A stretch of DNA of 59,181 nt, filler included, from Circinaria calcarea (Eukaryota), in assembly GCA_051942165.1 (NCBI GenBank). It is 7 parts of 7 records of this genome, joined end to end, with 100 filler letters (N's around TTAATTAATTAA, not from the genome) between each part and the next. Parts side by side here need not be neighbours in the genome. Positions count along the whole stretch, not along the records: positions 1 to 8,401 come from JAVECS010001123.1; positions 8,502 to 16,896 come from JAVECS010001124.1; 5 more parts are not named here. The stretch is one strand, 5' to 3'. Every line of letters starts with the position of its first letter. Position 1 is the first letter of the stretch. Made by a program: the position numbers and the translations under genes. Positions 1-13,522 of the stretch are shown here, in pieces. The notes below the pieces were generated by a model that saw only the letters and a list, made by a program, of their open reading frames with translations, was not told the origin of the DNA and ran no database searches.

Positions 1-462
1 GGGTGAGATTAATGGGGGGAGTGGTGGGTTGAAGGGGTGAATGAGACGAGTGGGGAGTTGAAAGGGTGAAAAGATGAGGGGTTGGGAGATGGTTGGCTTC
101 GGCCTCGCGGTGATACCCTTTCCTGGATTTTGTGGGATATAGAATTGGGATTTGTGGATTTATTTGGATGCTATCTTTGCTGGGCAATGATTGATGCTTG
201 TAAAGCTGAGAATGTTCATTATTCCAGCTTCATAAGCTTCCCGCTAGAAGAGCAAAGAACCATAGGGTTTCCAAAGCTCCAGCTAGTGTATTGAATAATC
301 CTCGAGTGATACGGCCTGCACCTTCGTCATTGACTATTTCCTCTTGCCAGAGCTCGTTTTCTTTATTCCACACCCTGAACCTGAGGCCAATGAAGCGACC
401 AGACCAGAGCAACCTAGCTCTGGGCCAGCCCCCCCGGGTCACTCATACGCCCATGACCTACA

Positions 463-2106
463 TCACAAATAGAGTTTCTTATCCCTCCTCAGCACATCCG
501 GCATGATAGCCACCGCCTTGGCCGCCACACTGTCCCCCGCCGCCAGCCTCGGAAAATCCACCAGCGCCTTCCTCAACGCCAGGATACCCGCATCGCCGAA
601 GAACTCGAGGATCCTCGCCTCGTTGTTCTCAATGAGATTCTTCAGGACGATGAAATGCGTCTGCGTGACTTGTTGCCGGGGGGTGTTGATAATCGCCGCC
701 AGCGCCCGCCAGAAGTGGTGGATGGGATAGGGGTTCGAGGCTTTGGCTTTGTCGTAGTTGCGGAGCGCGAGGGCTGCGAAGCCGGCTCCGAGTCCGGTCA
801 TGCGTTCGGAATGGCGCTGCTCGGACACGAAGGCGCCGTCTTTGGATTCGCGCTGCCATCCCAGCCGCAGTTTACCCTCGGTCGTTTTCTCGTCGCCGTA
901 GATCCCAAAGAGAACCGGGCACACGACGTGGAATTTAGCGATGAGAATGTCAACGAGGGAGATGCCGTTCCAGAGGAACTCGGCGCTGGAGAAGATTTGG
1001 CTGGCGACGATGCCGACGGGGTCTGCGAATTTGGGCGAGACGCCGGCTTCGTCGATAAACTGGGAGATGATGGCTTTGGCGAAGATGTTGAGTTGGTAAA
1101 TGAGGAGGGCGGAGCCTTGGGTGTTTGTTGCGTTGGGTGGCGAGGAAGCGAGGAAGAGGGTTATGTCGGCTTGGGGGTGAGCCACTAAGGCTGCTTCTTT
1201 GAGGATGTTCGAGATCTCTAGGAGCTGCAGATCCTTGTATCAGTACGTATATCCAAAGTCGGTGCGTATATTACGCACCGGTGCCTTGTTGGCACCCCTT
1301 CCTTCGGTCAATTGACCAACACACTTTCGTATCGACCTTCTCATATCGCCCATCCGTTTCTTCAATAGCGCATTGTGCTTCACCTGGTCGGCTAGAAAAC
1401 TTCGCAGTCCCTTTAGCCTTTTGTGAATCTCCAAGTATCGGCGGTGTTCGGCCTCTCTTGCCGGATTACCCTGGACTGGCTGTGGAGTTGCCTGGACTGG
1501 CCGTGGAGTTGCCTGAACTGTCTGTAGTTGAGTTACGACAGGTTTCGACGGTGGTTTTGCCTTCAAAACAGCAGCTGCAGCATCTTTGGTCCTTTTCTCG
1601 GCATCGGCTGCGCGCTTGTCCGCCTCTTGTTTCTCTGCGACCTTCTTTGCAGATTCGGCGTCTCTCTTCTCCTTAGCAACACGGTCCTTTTCGGCAGCCG
1701 CTGCTGCTGCGGCCTGTCTTGCTTCCGCAGCCTTTTTCTCCTTAGCTTCAGCAGCCTGTATCCTTTCAATCTCCTTTCTCTTCTCGGCCAATTCCCATTC
1801 CGCCTTCTCTCGACGTTGCCTTTCCAACGCCTTGCGATCCTCCTCTTCTCTCCTTGCCCGCTCCTGCTGTACCTGCAATTCTAGTTTTTCGCGCTCAACT
1901 TCGGCGCTTCTCCGGATCCGGTCATGTTCGAGAGCGGCAGCGGCCAGTGCAGCCTTGTGTGTCGCCTCTCGATCATGGTTTTTTTGGTCCAGCCGAGCAT
2001 AGAAGGCTTCTCGATCCGTGAGGTTGAGTCTACCCAGTTCCCAGAGCAGCTGCCTCGAAGGCTCGTCCAAGGCTTGCTTGTGAGGGCTCTCCATCACTTC
2101 CGTCAT
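463..2106 (-). CDS. GLE1: mRNA export factor Gle1 (coiled-coil N-terminus plus GLE1 domain)
   Basis: ORFs 1240..2115 and 463..1185 join in frame across intron 1225-1278 (GTGCGT...CTGCAG). An E/K/A-rich coiled coil precedes the motifs AKFHVVCPVLFG, GKLRLGW and HSERMTGLGAGFAA. The first in-frame ATG is at 2106. An alternative start at 2199 via a 51-nt intron (2146-2196) is possible. Confidence 0.85.
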
Positions 2107-3130
2107 ATCGTCCAAGCACTCGACGGTAGGGGGGTGGATGGTATGCTATTTCAGTACTGAGCAGCAGTTAGAGGGGTGCACAGCAGAGCGTTTCACCATC
2201 ATATAATAAATTGATGGCTCAGATATGTCGGTAAGAATCTCCAATGAATATGATGAGCGCGTCTGACTCGAAATAGATACTCCGACTACAATATGGACAA
2301 AGCGATGAAGAGGCTGGTCATCTAGGTTATGAGCACGGACCCGACATAAGGCTGAAGCTTCTTAGGCAGTTGCGCTAACTCTAAAATTCGGCATTGCTCT
2401 TATTGCTGCGCTAGCTATCCCCATGCACGAAGGCATACTCAGCAGTCATGGGCGGTCAGGTTGAGAAAGCACCAATGAATGGTAAGAACCAGCCCCTTTG
2501 TTCGCCCAAATCTCAGGGACTGAGTCAAATATAAAGTTCAGTCCGTATCCATGGACTGCCCGCCACACATTGATCCCGTCCCGTGTTATATGCTATGCTG
2601 TCTGGCAATTAAGGAGGATTTCTACCGCTTATAGTCTTACCAGAATGCTCTTTGGGCCCTTCTTGTATACAGTGGCGGACAGGTACTTTAGCTGCCACTT
2701 CACATATATCACACCGTTAGCCCTATTGGATCTTCACAGCTTTCGGAAACCATAATAAGGATTCAATACCTGCTATTTGTAACCGCCGCAGGGTCGCTTC
2801 AGTGGAACCAATCATGGCGCACAGAATATGAACTAATCAATCGAGTATCGAGACCGAATACTCAATATTACATGCCCATTGCCGTTTACTACGTAGATTT
2901 CAGCAGATACCAAGTTGACGCATGTACTCGGTACTCCGTAAAGTAGCGTGGTAGCCTAAGAATGCCAAGATTGTGCGGGCCCGGCAGCACAAATCGTCCC
3001 CCGTATTTTACATGCAGGACTGACACCACTCTAAAACGGACGGCATCCCCATAACCCTCTTTTGCATCTCATCAAGCCTCATTCTCCCACTCCCCGCAGC
3101 ACCCTCATCATTCAGTCCTTCCATCCCCTC

Positions 3131-3249
3131 CACTCCCTCCTTCATACTCCTCAGTCTGTCCTTTATTCGCATTACACACACGGAAATCCAATCTGTCCCT
3201 CGTCCAGCCTCGTTCCTTAGCCGAGTAGCAGCCGAAGTAATCACTCCTT
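3131..3249 (+). promoter_or_regulatory. Four CNYTCNYT (Ssd1-binding-type) motifs in the probable SSD1 5' leader
   Basis: CACTCCCT at 3131, CCCTCCTT at 3135, CGTTCCTT at 3211 and CACTCCTT at 3242. No ATG was seen between about 3020 and the start at 3547. Confidence 0.4.
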
Positions 3250-3546
3250 GGGCCTATTCGCAAGCAACCATCAAAATTATCCTCTAACCTTTCTATTCTG
3301 TCCTTGCCGAGTCTGGAAACGCTTCTATAATCTCCAATACGGCAACGTAATCAATACGGCTGGCTCATTCGACAAGCTGTAACAGGCGCTTTCCACTGTC
3401 AGATCTGACATCCAGACTTCATTCACCACCACTTTGGCACAAAGCTATCCGGTCCGGAGGTATAGTTTTTGGACGTCCGCCATCAGCTACGGACATCATC
3501 TCTCATCAGCTTCCGAATTCGTAAACGAATTGGAAGAGAACTCGCC

Positions 3547-6500
3547 ATGGATCAACAGGGGCAGCAACTTGGGGTCCCTGGTTCTAACGGGCGGAGACCT
3601 CTGCATATTGCACACAGACGAAGTCCCTCCGAGATGACTCCCATGATCAGTGAGTTCGGCTTCCGTTTATCCCCTCATCTGCAAAGACCCTCAGGGACAC
3701 TGACATGATTGTAGTGGAACAACTTGCTTTACAACAGCAAATCGAGCTTCTACAGCAACAGCAGCAGCAAATAGTGGCTACCCACCAACAGTACATGAAT
3801 CTGGGAATGATCCCCCAACAGCAGCAATTACCTACTGTTAACTTTGCAAGTACCCAAGGGCAGGTCTCGATGGCAGGGTTACAGCCAAATGTGAATACAT
3901 TTCAGTTTCCTCAACAGCTTCAGCAGCAACAACTCGGTGTTCCAATGGGTGCACCTACGCAGCCGTCCTCACATCGCCGACATCAGTCGGCACTACCAAA
4001 CACGAGCATGGGCCCACCCCCAGCACCCTCATCTGGCGCTTCAGGCTCCGCTTTCGGAGATTTCAACCAACCAAATTCCAATAATCAGTCTCGAGAAAAT
4101 GGAGGGCAACGAGGAGGACGCGGTGGGGCTCCTCCGGGCGGAGGACACCAACGCCGTCATTCTCTCGCCCTGCCAGAAGCCAAGAAAGCAGCTGAGTTAG
4201 CGCAACAAAAAAGAACTACCTCGGGCTTTCAATTCCCAATACCCGGTGCGGGCGGTGCTTCCCCTTCCGGTACCAACCGATCAACAAGCCCGTCTGAATC
4301 GGATGACAAAGGTAGTCAGAGTCAACCGTCTCTCCCAAGTCAGCCTGGTCTAAGCGTCCGTGGTCCAGGAAATCGTGGTTCCATCGGCCATGGTCGAAGC
4401 CAAAGTATGGCGATTGGTCCCGGTCGAGGTACTACGCAGGGTCGTGGCGCCAGCAACTTTCAATTCCCGCCTCCTATGGCCACCAATGATGCTGGAGCTT
4501 CAGCTGGGAACCAGTCTGACTTTCAACGGCGGGGTAGCTCTAATTCAAATGGCCATGGCCGTCAGTCTTCCAGGAATTTTGATGGCAACTGGAGACAACA
4601 GGCCAATCTTCAGCCCCAGATGCAAGACCAGCAACAGACCATGGGAAACTTTAGCCAACTTCAGAACCCGAACGCTGCTGTCTTTCAGCCGGGGCACAGG
4701 GTGAGGGGTTCGATGAACCAGTCTGTCGGCTCCGTTGGGTCATTCCAGTTCCCTCAGCAGCCGCAGCTGGTACAGCTACCGCAGGGTCAGGTTGTGATAC
4801 AGCAGCCACCGATGTTTGCTGGCCAACAAATTAATCCGCTTCAGCTAAGTCAGCTCCAGGCTCTACAAGCTGCCCAGATGAGTGGTCAGTTGAATGGCCA
4901 GCAGTTTGGTCTTCAAGCTAGCCAGCATGCTCAGCCTCAAATGTCTCTACAGCAACAACAGCAGCAGCAGCAGCAGAGAAAGACACTATTTACACCTTAT
5001 CTTCCCCAAGCTAGCTTACCTGCGCTACTTTCTGATGGTCAGCTGGTTGCTGGTATTTTAAGGGTCAATAAGAAGAATCGGAGTGACGCCTATGTCACCA
5101 CCACTGACCTTGATGCGGATATCTTTATTTGTGGCAGCAAAGATAGGAACCGTGCACTCGAAGGAGACCTTGTCGCGATTGAACTTCTTGATGTCGACGA
5201 GGTATGGGGACAGAAGCGAGAGAAAGAGGAGAAGAAAAAACGAAAAGACATTACCGATACCAGAATTAGTAGTGGGACCAGTAATGAGAGACCTTCGAGA
5301 AGCGACTCGAGTCCCCACGGTGACAGTGGGCAAACAGGGAACGCTGAGGGTGGTTTGAGGAGGAGAGGCAGTTTGAGACAGAGACCGACGCAAAAGAAGA
5401 ATGATGATGTCGAGGTTGAAGGCCAGAGTCTCCTACTCATGGAGGAGGAAGAAGTCAACGACGACCAAAAGCCATTATATGCTGGTCATGTCGTTGCGGT
5501 GATTGAGCGTGTGGCAGGACAGATGTTTTCAGGGTATGTCTCGCAGCTTCACAAACCGAAATTAATAGCACTTGCTGACTTTGTAAAGGACACTTGGACT
5601 GCTTCGACCCAGTAGCCAAGCTACCAAGGAGAAGCAGGAGGCCGAACGCCAACATCGCGACGGTAGCTCTGGTCGACATCAACAAGATCGACAGCAAGAC
5701 AAACCGAAGATTGTGTGGTTCAAGCCAACAGACAAGCGTGTGCCACTTATTGCTATTCCGACAGAACAAGCTCCTCGTGACTTCGTTGAAAGACATCAGG
5801 ACTACGCCAATCGCATCTTTGTTGCTTGTATCAAGCGCTGGCCCATTACTTCGCTTCATCCTTTCGGGACTTTAGTGGAACAGTTAGGAGAGATGGGAGA
5901 TCTCAAGGTGGAAACAGATGCATTATTGAGAGATAACAACTTTGGCCCAGATGACTTCTCCGATGCGGTGTTGAAGAATATCGGATTCGATGAATGGTCT
6001 GTTGGCAACGAGAGTGAAGACTCGTTGTCAGCTCGGCGTGATTTCCGAGAGGAAACCACATTCACAATTGATCCTAACGGAACCCAGGAACTCGATGATG
6101 CTCTTCATGTCAAAGATCTTGGCGATGGTAAGATTGAAGTTGGGATTCATGTCGCCGATGCTGCACATTTCGTCAAGGCTAACTCCTTGGTCGACCGTGA
6201 GGCGAGAAAGAGGGGAACCGGCGTATACCTCATGAACCGAACAGTCAACATGCTCCCGCCCAGACTGTCATCTGATATCTGCTCGTTGAGTCCAGGAGAA
6301 GCCAGATTTGCTGTCAGCGTAGTCTTCAAGGTCGATCTCGAGACTGGTACTGTCAGCAATGACGAAACCTGGATCGGAAAGTCCATCATTAATAGCTCAG
6401 GGAAGTTGACGTATGAAGATGTTGATGCGGTGATTCATGGGGATAGCAATGTTAAACTGCAAGGAGCAACGGTTAAAGATATTCAGATCTTGAAGGTATA

Positions 6501-8063
6501 CTATGAACCCTGGTTTTAAGTTCATCGAATATTGACTGAGTAATTTAGGCCATTGCCCAAAAGTTCCGAGAAGCACGGTACGGATTAAAGTCCAAGGATA
6601 TCCCTTCGCTACGATTACTCTACCAGCTCGACGACGAGAATGTACCCGTTGAACACAATATATTTGACTCGACTCCAGCTCGTGAAATTATTGAAGAGCT
6701 AAGCTACAAGGCAAATCTTTTCGTTGCCCAAAAGATTGCCTTAGCTCTGCCTGAGAAAGCACTTCTACGCCGCCATGCTTCTCCGAAGCCAGGAAGGTTG
6801 CAAACGTTTGCCGAAAGGATGACAAGAATTGGTTATGCGATTGACACTACCAGCAGTGGTTCCCTACAGCAAAGTCTGTTCAACGTTGAGGATAATGATA
6901 TGCGAAAGGTTGGTAGTAGTTCATACATCAAGTAGCATACGTACTAACAATATTCAGGGTATGGAAACCCTTCTAGTCAAAACCATGTCGCGGGCGAAGT
7001 ATGTTGTTGCCGGGAAAACACGGCCGGAACAGTACCCACATTTTGCCCTCAACCTCCCTCTGTACACACATTTCACTAATCCATTCCGCCGGTATGCCGA
7101 TATTATTGTACATCGTCAGTTGGAAGTCGCCCTGTCTGACGGCACCTTGGATTTCTCTGAAGATATTGACAGTCTCGCCAAAATTGCCGAACAGTGTAAT
7201 ACAAAGAAAGACTCGGCTCAAAGTGCACAAGAACAAAGTGTTCATATCGAATCCTGCAGAATCATGGACAAAAAGAGAATCGAACTTGGCGATGATTTGA
7301 TTAGTGAAGGCATTGTTATCTGCGTGTATGAATCTGCGTTTGACGTGTTGATCCCAGAGTACGGTTTCGAGAAGCGTGTTCATTGCGACCAACTACCTCT
7401 AAAGAAAGCAGAGTTCCGTAAGGAGACTCGCGTGCTAGAGCTGTACTGGGAGAAGGGCATCACCTCGTCAGCTTATGTTCCGGAGGATGAGCGCCCCAAA
7501 GGCGGAGCGGGGTCTCGTCAAACCAGTGGGGCAAACGGCGGGCGGTATGGACAAACGTCACAAGCGCCAGCAAAAGAGAAGCAAGAGTTGGAGCGGAAAC
7601 AGACGGACACCAGGACCATGTCGACAGATGACGTCGATGCCCTCTTTGATGATACTGATGATGGAGCCTCGGAAATCACCGAGATGGCATCTGGTGTATC
7701 ATTGGGTCCGCCAAGCGCCAGTGAACGTCCTTCGCAAAGCATGCCTCAGTCACCCACACGGAAAAGCCCGGCTAACAGCCTCAACCGCACACAATCAGAC
7801 TCAAGGATTACCAATGGCTCGGGTGATGCTTCAGGAACCCAGCTCACCAACAAGCAGAAATATCAACACCTCTTTGCGCTACGCGAGGAAGGAGGCGAGT
7901 ACATTCAGGATGTGACAGATATGACCAGGATACCTGTGATCTTGAAGACGGACTTGACAAAGAGTCCTCCGTAAGGCTTCTCCCCTCCATGAAACCGACT
8001 AGATCGATGCTAACTACTCACAGATGTCTGACGATCCGGTCAATGAACCCATACGCTCTGTGA
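3547..8063 (+). CDS. SSD1: Ssd1/Gul-1/Sts5 RNA-binding protein (RNase II/RNB-family pseudonuclease)
   Basis: Six exons, introns 3650-3714, 5534-5588, 6496-6548, 6909-6957 and 7971-8023, all GT..AG and frame-restoring. The Q-rich N-terminus has five HxRxxS NDR-kinase sites and four FQFP docking-type motifs. Downstream motifs: RKTLFTPYLPQ, DIFICGSKDRNRALEGD, YTHFTNPFRRYAD and C-terminal SPPCLTIRSMNPYAL*. Confidence 0.95.
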
Positions 8064-8401
8064 GACGACCGCGTCTCAACCGCCAAAGATGGCAAAGGGC
8101 GTTGATGAAGTTTGTCCCGTCAGCTTGCACGAACTCGCCGACAGGAGACGAAAACCAGATTGAAGAAATTGAGAGTGGACGTTTGTAACAGTAGCTTTGG
8201 CGAAATGCGAAGTTTGTTCCGAAAAAGGCTTCCGAGACAGGAGTGGACCCCGATTTGAGTGATGGCTTGCATATCTTTGTTATATAGCTGGGGCCACGGT
8301 GCTTTGTAGCTCAGACTGTCTAGACCTTATCTACATACTATTAGCTCGAGGCTGTCGCCATGACTACTCACGTATTGAAAAGCTCCATGGCTGATGCAAT
8401 A

Positions 8402-8501
8402 NNNNNNNNNNNNNNNNNNNNNNNNNNNNNNNNNNNNNNNNNNNNTTAATTAATTAANNNNNNNNNNNNNNNNNNNNNNNNNNNNNNNNNNNNNNNNNNN
8501 N
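8402..8501. other. Artificial contig linker (N44-TTAATTAATTAA-N44)
   Basis: 100-nt spacer with stops in all six frames, identical to the other five. Confidence 0.99.
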
Positions 8502-11500
8502 GGAGTGGAGGTGGAGGGGAGGTTCAGTTTCGAGGATAAAAACAGTTGAGACGTATAATATGAAGCGTCTGCGGGATGAAAAGTTTGGAAGTTTACGGGT
8601 ATGAAGACGACATCCGGTGATGAGCTCATTCTCTCCCTGATGGCAACTGCGCATACTGGTAGTCGTGAGCTTGGGGCTTCGGTGGTTTTCGAACGAAAAA
8701 TTTGGGAGCACGCTCAGGAGCTGGAGTAATTTGCAACACGGCGAAGAGGTTCGAGGGCAGAGTTTCCGGAAGACGGGAACGAGAATTGGTAGGGGGGCCT
8801 CAAGATCTGGATGGGGTTTCTGATTTGACGAATTAAGGTAGCTAGCTATAGTGTGGCAGGGCCTGCAGTTGGAGGCATAGCTCGAGTGGTGTTTTGATGT
8901 GCAGTCATTCTTCTCGCGATATCACACCTAGAAGTTTGGACTTCCACAGCTCGATGGTGGAGTAGGTAGCTCTTTCACAAAGTGATGATATATGGTAAGC
9001 GCCAAGGCGAATTTGGTCTGGGCTTTCAAATTGGTGCTCGGTCAAACTCTCTTAGTTCTACGGTTTGGACGGCTCGGTCATGGAGTGTTGCCGTTATTAA
9101 CGTTCGGCGGAGATTCCAGAAAAGATTCAGGGAAGAACATGGATGGAAGCATGATCTGCTTGTTGCGGAAGATGATGCTGTACTTGAAGAACTAAGACAG
9201 ATCTTCGTCAGGAGTAATGGAAAGCAGAAGAATAAGATACGAATGGAGTCTTCGCCAGAAGGACCTTGGGCTAAAGAGAGGGTGATAGATTTTGTAAAGC
9301 TGGTGGCCTTGGATATCTGATTTCGACTTCGATCTCGAGCGAAAGCCAGCAACAGAATAGGAGACTGCATGCCTCAGCAGAGTAGATCTTGGCACTGAGA
9401 AGACTATTGTTATTCTTTGATAGCAAGATAGAAAGTCTATCCGTAGGAATTCTCTTCTGCTTGGTAACCCCAGCACCTACATCAGAGTAGTCAGTGAATA
9501 CGAAAAGGCCAGAATGTTGAAGTTTGTACTAGGGGAGCTAAGACGTACGATGTAGCGAGTATGACTTCAAGCCAAGGCTGGTTGTAGATTCCCTTGACTG
9601 AAGAAGATGGACAAAGTTGGCAGGACTGATGATTTTGGGATATCATAGGAAGAAAGGAGCATTCGACTTGAACTATATTTGAATTGGTTGCTGTAGGAAT
9701 TGTAGGGAAGAATAAATTCTGAGAATATGGTAGCTTGCTGGAAGCAAGATCTGTGGTGCTCAACTAAAGATGGCTCGTTTCGTCGTAAGACCCTTGTATC
9801 AAAACCTTCATGCAGCATCTGCCGTGGTCGAGATCTGTGAATACTTCTTTTATTTCATGCTGTTGGTTCGCCCTGTAACAAGCTTGGTGTATGCAGAAAG
9901 TGGCTCATGGCCTTACAGGGTTCAAGTTAGAAAAGGACTCAAGGTGAATAGAGAAGCATGGTTGGAAAATATCCTTGTGTGGATAGTCAAAGCTCGTGAT
10001 TCCTCGTAAGAGAGTGTTGTGGTCTAGAAGTGGATTAGGCGTTAATCTTTGGTGGGTCGAAGGAGAAATGTGGTTAAAGAGGACAGGTTTGCGAAGGAAA
10101 TTGAACATCCTCTTGTGCTGATACTACGCTGTTCCTGAAGCGCTTGTGTCACATAGTAACATCCTCTGAGCTTGTATTCAGTAGCCATGACAATGACAGC
10201 TGAATATCGGTAGCTTGTTGAGTAACATATCTGGCTCGCATTAATGAAGAAGATATACCCGTGAACTGTTGTGACTGGCTTGTCGAACTTTTCTTCTGCG
10301 TGCTACCACCGTAGATCTCTACCCCTTTCCGTTTCTTTTCAACGTAGTGGTATTGCCCCTGAGATCAAGGGAAAATAGATTATCTACACCGTGATTGGTG
10401 TCAGGGTACGCTTGGAAATGGAAAAATGGTTGTAATAGAACAGATAGTGGATTCGTAAAAAGTGTCAACTAAAAGTTTGCCCTGTAGCTATGGCTACCGC
10501 CAAGGGGTGAGACCAAACAAATAACTTTAAGTTGCACCCCTGCCATCGTAATTCATTGTCCATCTCTATTCGAGGGAATGAAAGCATAATCAGTAATAGG
10601 ATGTCATAGTCTTGGTAGAGGGCGGGAATTAGGTTAGCCAGATCACGCCAAGGACCCCGGTAAGACTGCTTCGATCGTAACGCCATCTCCCGTCCGCAAA
10701 AGCTTGATACATGGTTGGGGTCGTTTAAATTTACTCCTTGGAGAGTAGTCAAGGTTCGAGAGCGACGCGGTACCTTGGCAGGCCGGGGATGATTCATGCA
10801 GCAACGGGTTTTATGCATCATATTGACTGGAACGAAAAAGCTGCGGCGCGGAAATCGCAGAAGAGAGATGCACCAAGATGACGAATCAACAAAGGGTGGA
10901 ATCGGGGACGAATATGGAGTCCCGGGTTTCACCTATTGGTATTCAACACTGCAGGATCCAGAATTCCTGATATTGACAGCGGAAAGCTCATCTGCGAGCC
11001 AAGTAAAACGGTGTTGAAAGCCTTTTCGTCTAGGCGCAAGGTAAGCTGTTTACGCGGTTAGAGGATAGGTAGACCAATGCCCTGATAATCTCTACTGCAT
11101 ATTTGGAGGGTTTCAACCAAGTCCTGCGGTACCCATCCTCTGCGGCAGGAGAGGAGGCGAAAGAGAGCCTAAATTTTGAATGCACAGAATTTCCCCCCAA
11201 TTAGCCGCCGCGATCGACCGATTAGCCGCCCCGAGCGATCTGCGGGGCGAGCCGTTAGCGTGGTGACTTTTGGTGGCGCTTGAAGGTAACTACCCATGGC
11301 AGTGGGGTAAACCTATCGAAGCTGCATTGGCGATATTATGCTCTTCTGTATTCTGCGCAGCGCTTCGTACTGATTCATCAGAGAGCCGTTGTGATTTAAG
11401 ACCCGAGGCAGCTCTGAATACCAGGCTAGCAAGGTCTCCAAATCGACGTTTCACTAAATAACTCGGTTGGTTCTCAGCGTATCGGAGTACTCCGTATGGA

Positions 11501-13374
11501 TGATTCAACGCACAAATTACTTCTGCCGTCGTTTGCACACTCCATACTCTATTACAGAGATCATGACTGGCAGCGAGAATATCAAGTTCTGAAGGCGGTT
11601 TGCTACTCAACTTAATGAAATAAACTTAAACTGTCGACTTTACTACGATTGGACCTTTTTAAAGGGGGCCCTTAGCACGGCTATTGCTAATATCGACGGC
11701 AAGTAGAGACACGAACAGTCAAAGAGTTTCACTCAACAGCCAATAACTGCAGGTTAGAAGTCTGCAAGACCGTTGAAATAACAGCATCGATTGTCTTTTC
11801 GCTTTTCTTCGCCACAATTCTTGCATACGGCTTGGTCATCGGGGTACTCCGTACCTGCTGCGCATGTCGCGTATGCATCTAACACGATCTCGATTGAAAG
11901 CACCTTGGTGGAGATATGTACGACGGCAGGGAGTAGATTTTGCCGGCTAAGGTTTTAGCTAACGCAGTTATGATACAAGGGTAAGTACGATGAAATGCTG
12001 TTTACCTGTTCTTTTCATTTAGTTTCTTATACTTTCAAAATATGAGAGTACTGTTCTTGGGAAGCTAAAAGCGCTTGCGCAACGAAGCATATTATTCTTA
12101 GTCTGAAAGATTACCGCTAGAGAAAATGCTCAAATTTTGCAATAAAAACATGATATCCAAGGACCCCTGAACATTATCAGATCAGTAAAATTACCCACCT
12201 AGCGGAGTTTGCCTTCTGATCTAGATCCAAGAAAAGGAAACATTTAGCTGACACGCTAGGAATGGGAATAAAAGCTGCTGAAGGAGATTTGTCGACGATT
12301 CTGTGTTAAATGAGTAGATGAACAGCCCAGCTTTGTGCCCGTCCAATCAATTTCTTCTTCATCTACCGCAGAGAAAAGTCCAAACCTAGAGTTTAAGGAA
12401 ACCGTGCAAAATACTTGGCTCGAATATTTGAAGGATACAAGACAATCAGCAATTTCAGAAAGGTATGGAAACTCTACTAACTACCCAGAATGTCGAGGTT
12501 TCTTCACTAGGCGTGGTTGTAAATTCGTGGCTCGAGAATAGATGCACAGGCATGGAGCAAGAAAAAGCTTCATGACACGCAAGAAAGACTTTTTCCAGTA
12601 TTTCCTGTAGCATTACTGCCGGCGCTTCAATCTCGAAGGCGTCTGTAAAACCCACTTGCCCACGTCGATGACGTTTTGCTGTCACAGAGTCTGCAGTGCA
12701 TCGAACAACTGTATGTCTAAAAGTGTTGATGTAGATTGACAGATTAAGATGGACAAAAATAGGTGACAACCCATGTCTTCGTGGGTGCAAATGACTAGGA
12801 ACGTGCATTCCAACGGTTATACTCGCGATACGACGGAGCAATGCGGTGGGTTAATGTCGATCACCGTACAGAAGCCATCCAGTTCATTTTGCTCTCAGCC
12901 TTCATGGGTTTCACCAGGGATACAGCTTCCTGCCTTGTTTATTCCCGCTTTGATAGATATTGGCATCAAATGACGATGATCGAGACTCCGAATGATCTCA
13001 ACGAGGCGCGCTTGAGGATTGAAATCGTATGAAAGTTCGCTTCAGCGTGGGAGTACAGCATCCTGACAGGGAATCAGCATGCACATGAGGATATAGACCA
13101 ATGCTTGGAATAATAACGAACCAACCAGAAGTCTTGCGCCAAGCGGACATCATGAACTCGCAGCGATGGTAGAGGCATTCTAACAAAGCGATTACCTATT
13201 CACCAGCCGCTGACGTCTGTCTTGGTGCAAGCATGATACACCAAGACATGGATTGGGTGCGAACGCTCAGGAACGTGAAATAGTGTGACGACAGTGGCGA
13301 TTTCTTTCTGCTTGACACAGTGGCAGTAGCCGATAAGCATGATGCTGTCAGCTGGGAAGGCTCTCCTCAATCTG

Positions 13375-13382
13375 TATATAAA
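13375..13382 (+). promoter_or_regulatory. TATA box of the hydrophobin gene
   Basis: TATATAAA about 150 bp upstream of the ATG, followed by a C/A-rich leader. Confidence 0.6.
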
Positions 13383-13522
13383 GAGGGTCGTTCACCTCTC
13401 AATCACTCATCATCCACCATTCTCAGTCCATCCTTCCAAATTAGCCAGCCTTCCACTCAACCCAAACATACCAACCTCACCAACGACCCCTCGAGCCCAT
13501 AGCCCGAAAACAACATCCCAAA

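Noticed and set aside
1470..1521. 21-nt tandem repeat in GLE1 (VQATPxP)
   Set aside because: A short in-frame duplication in a disordered linker, which is ordinary.
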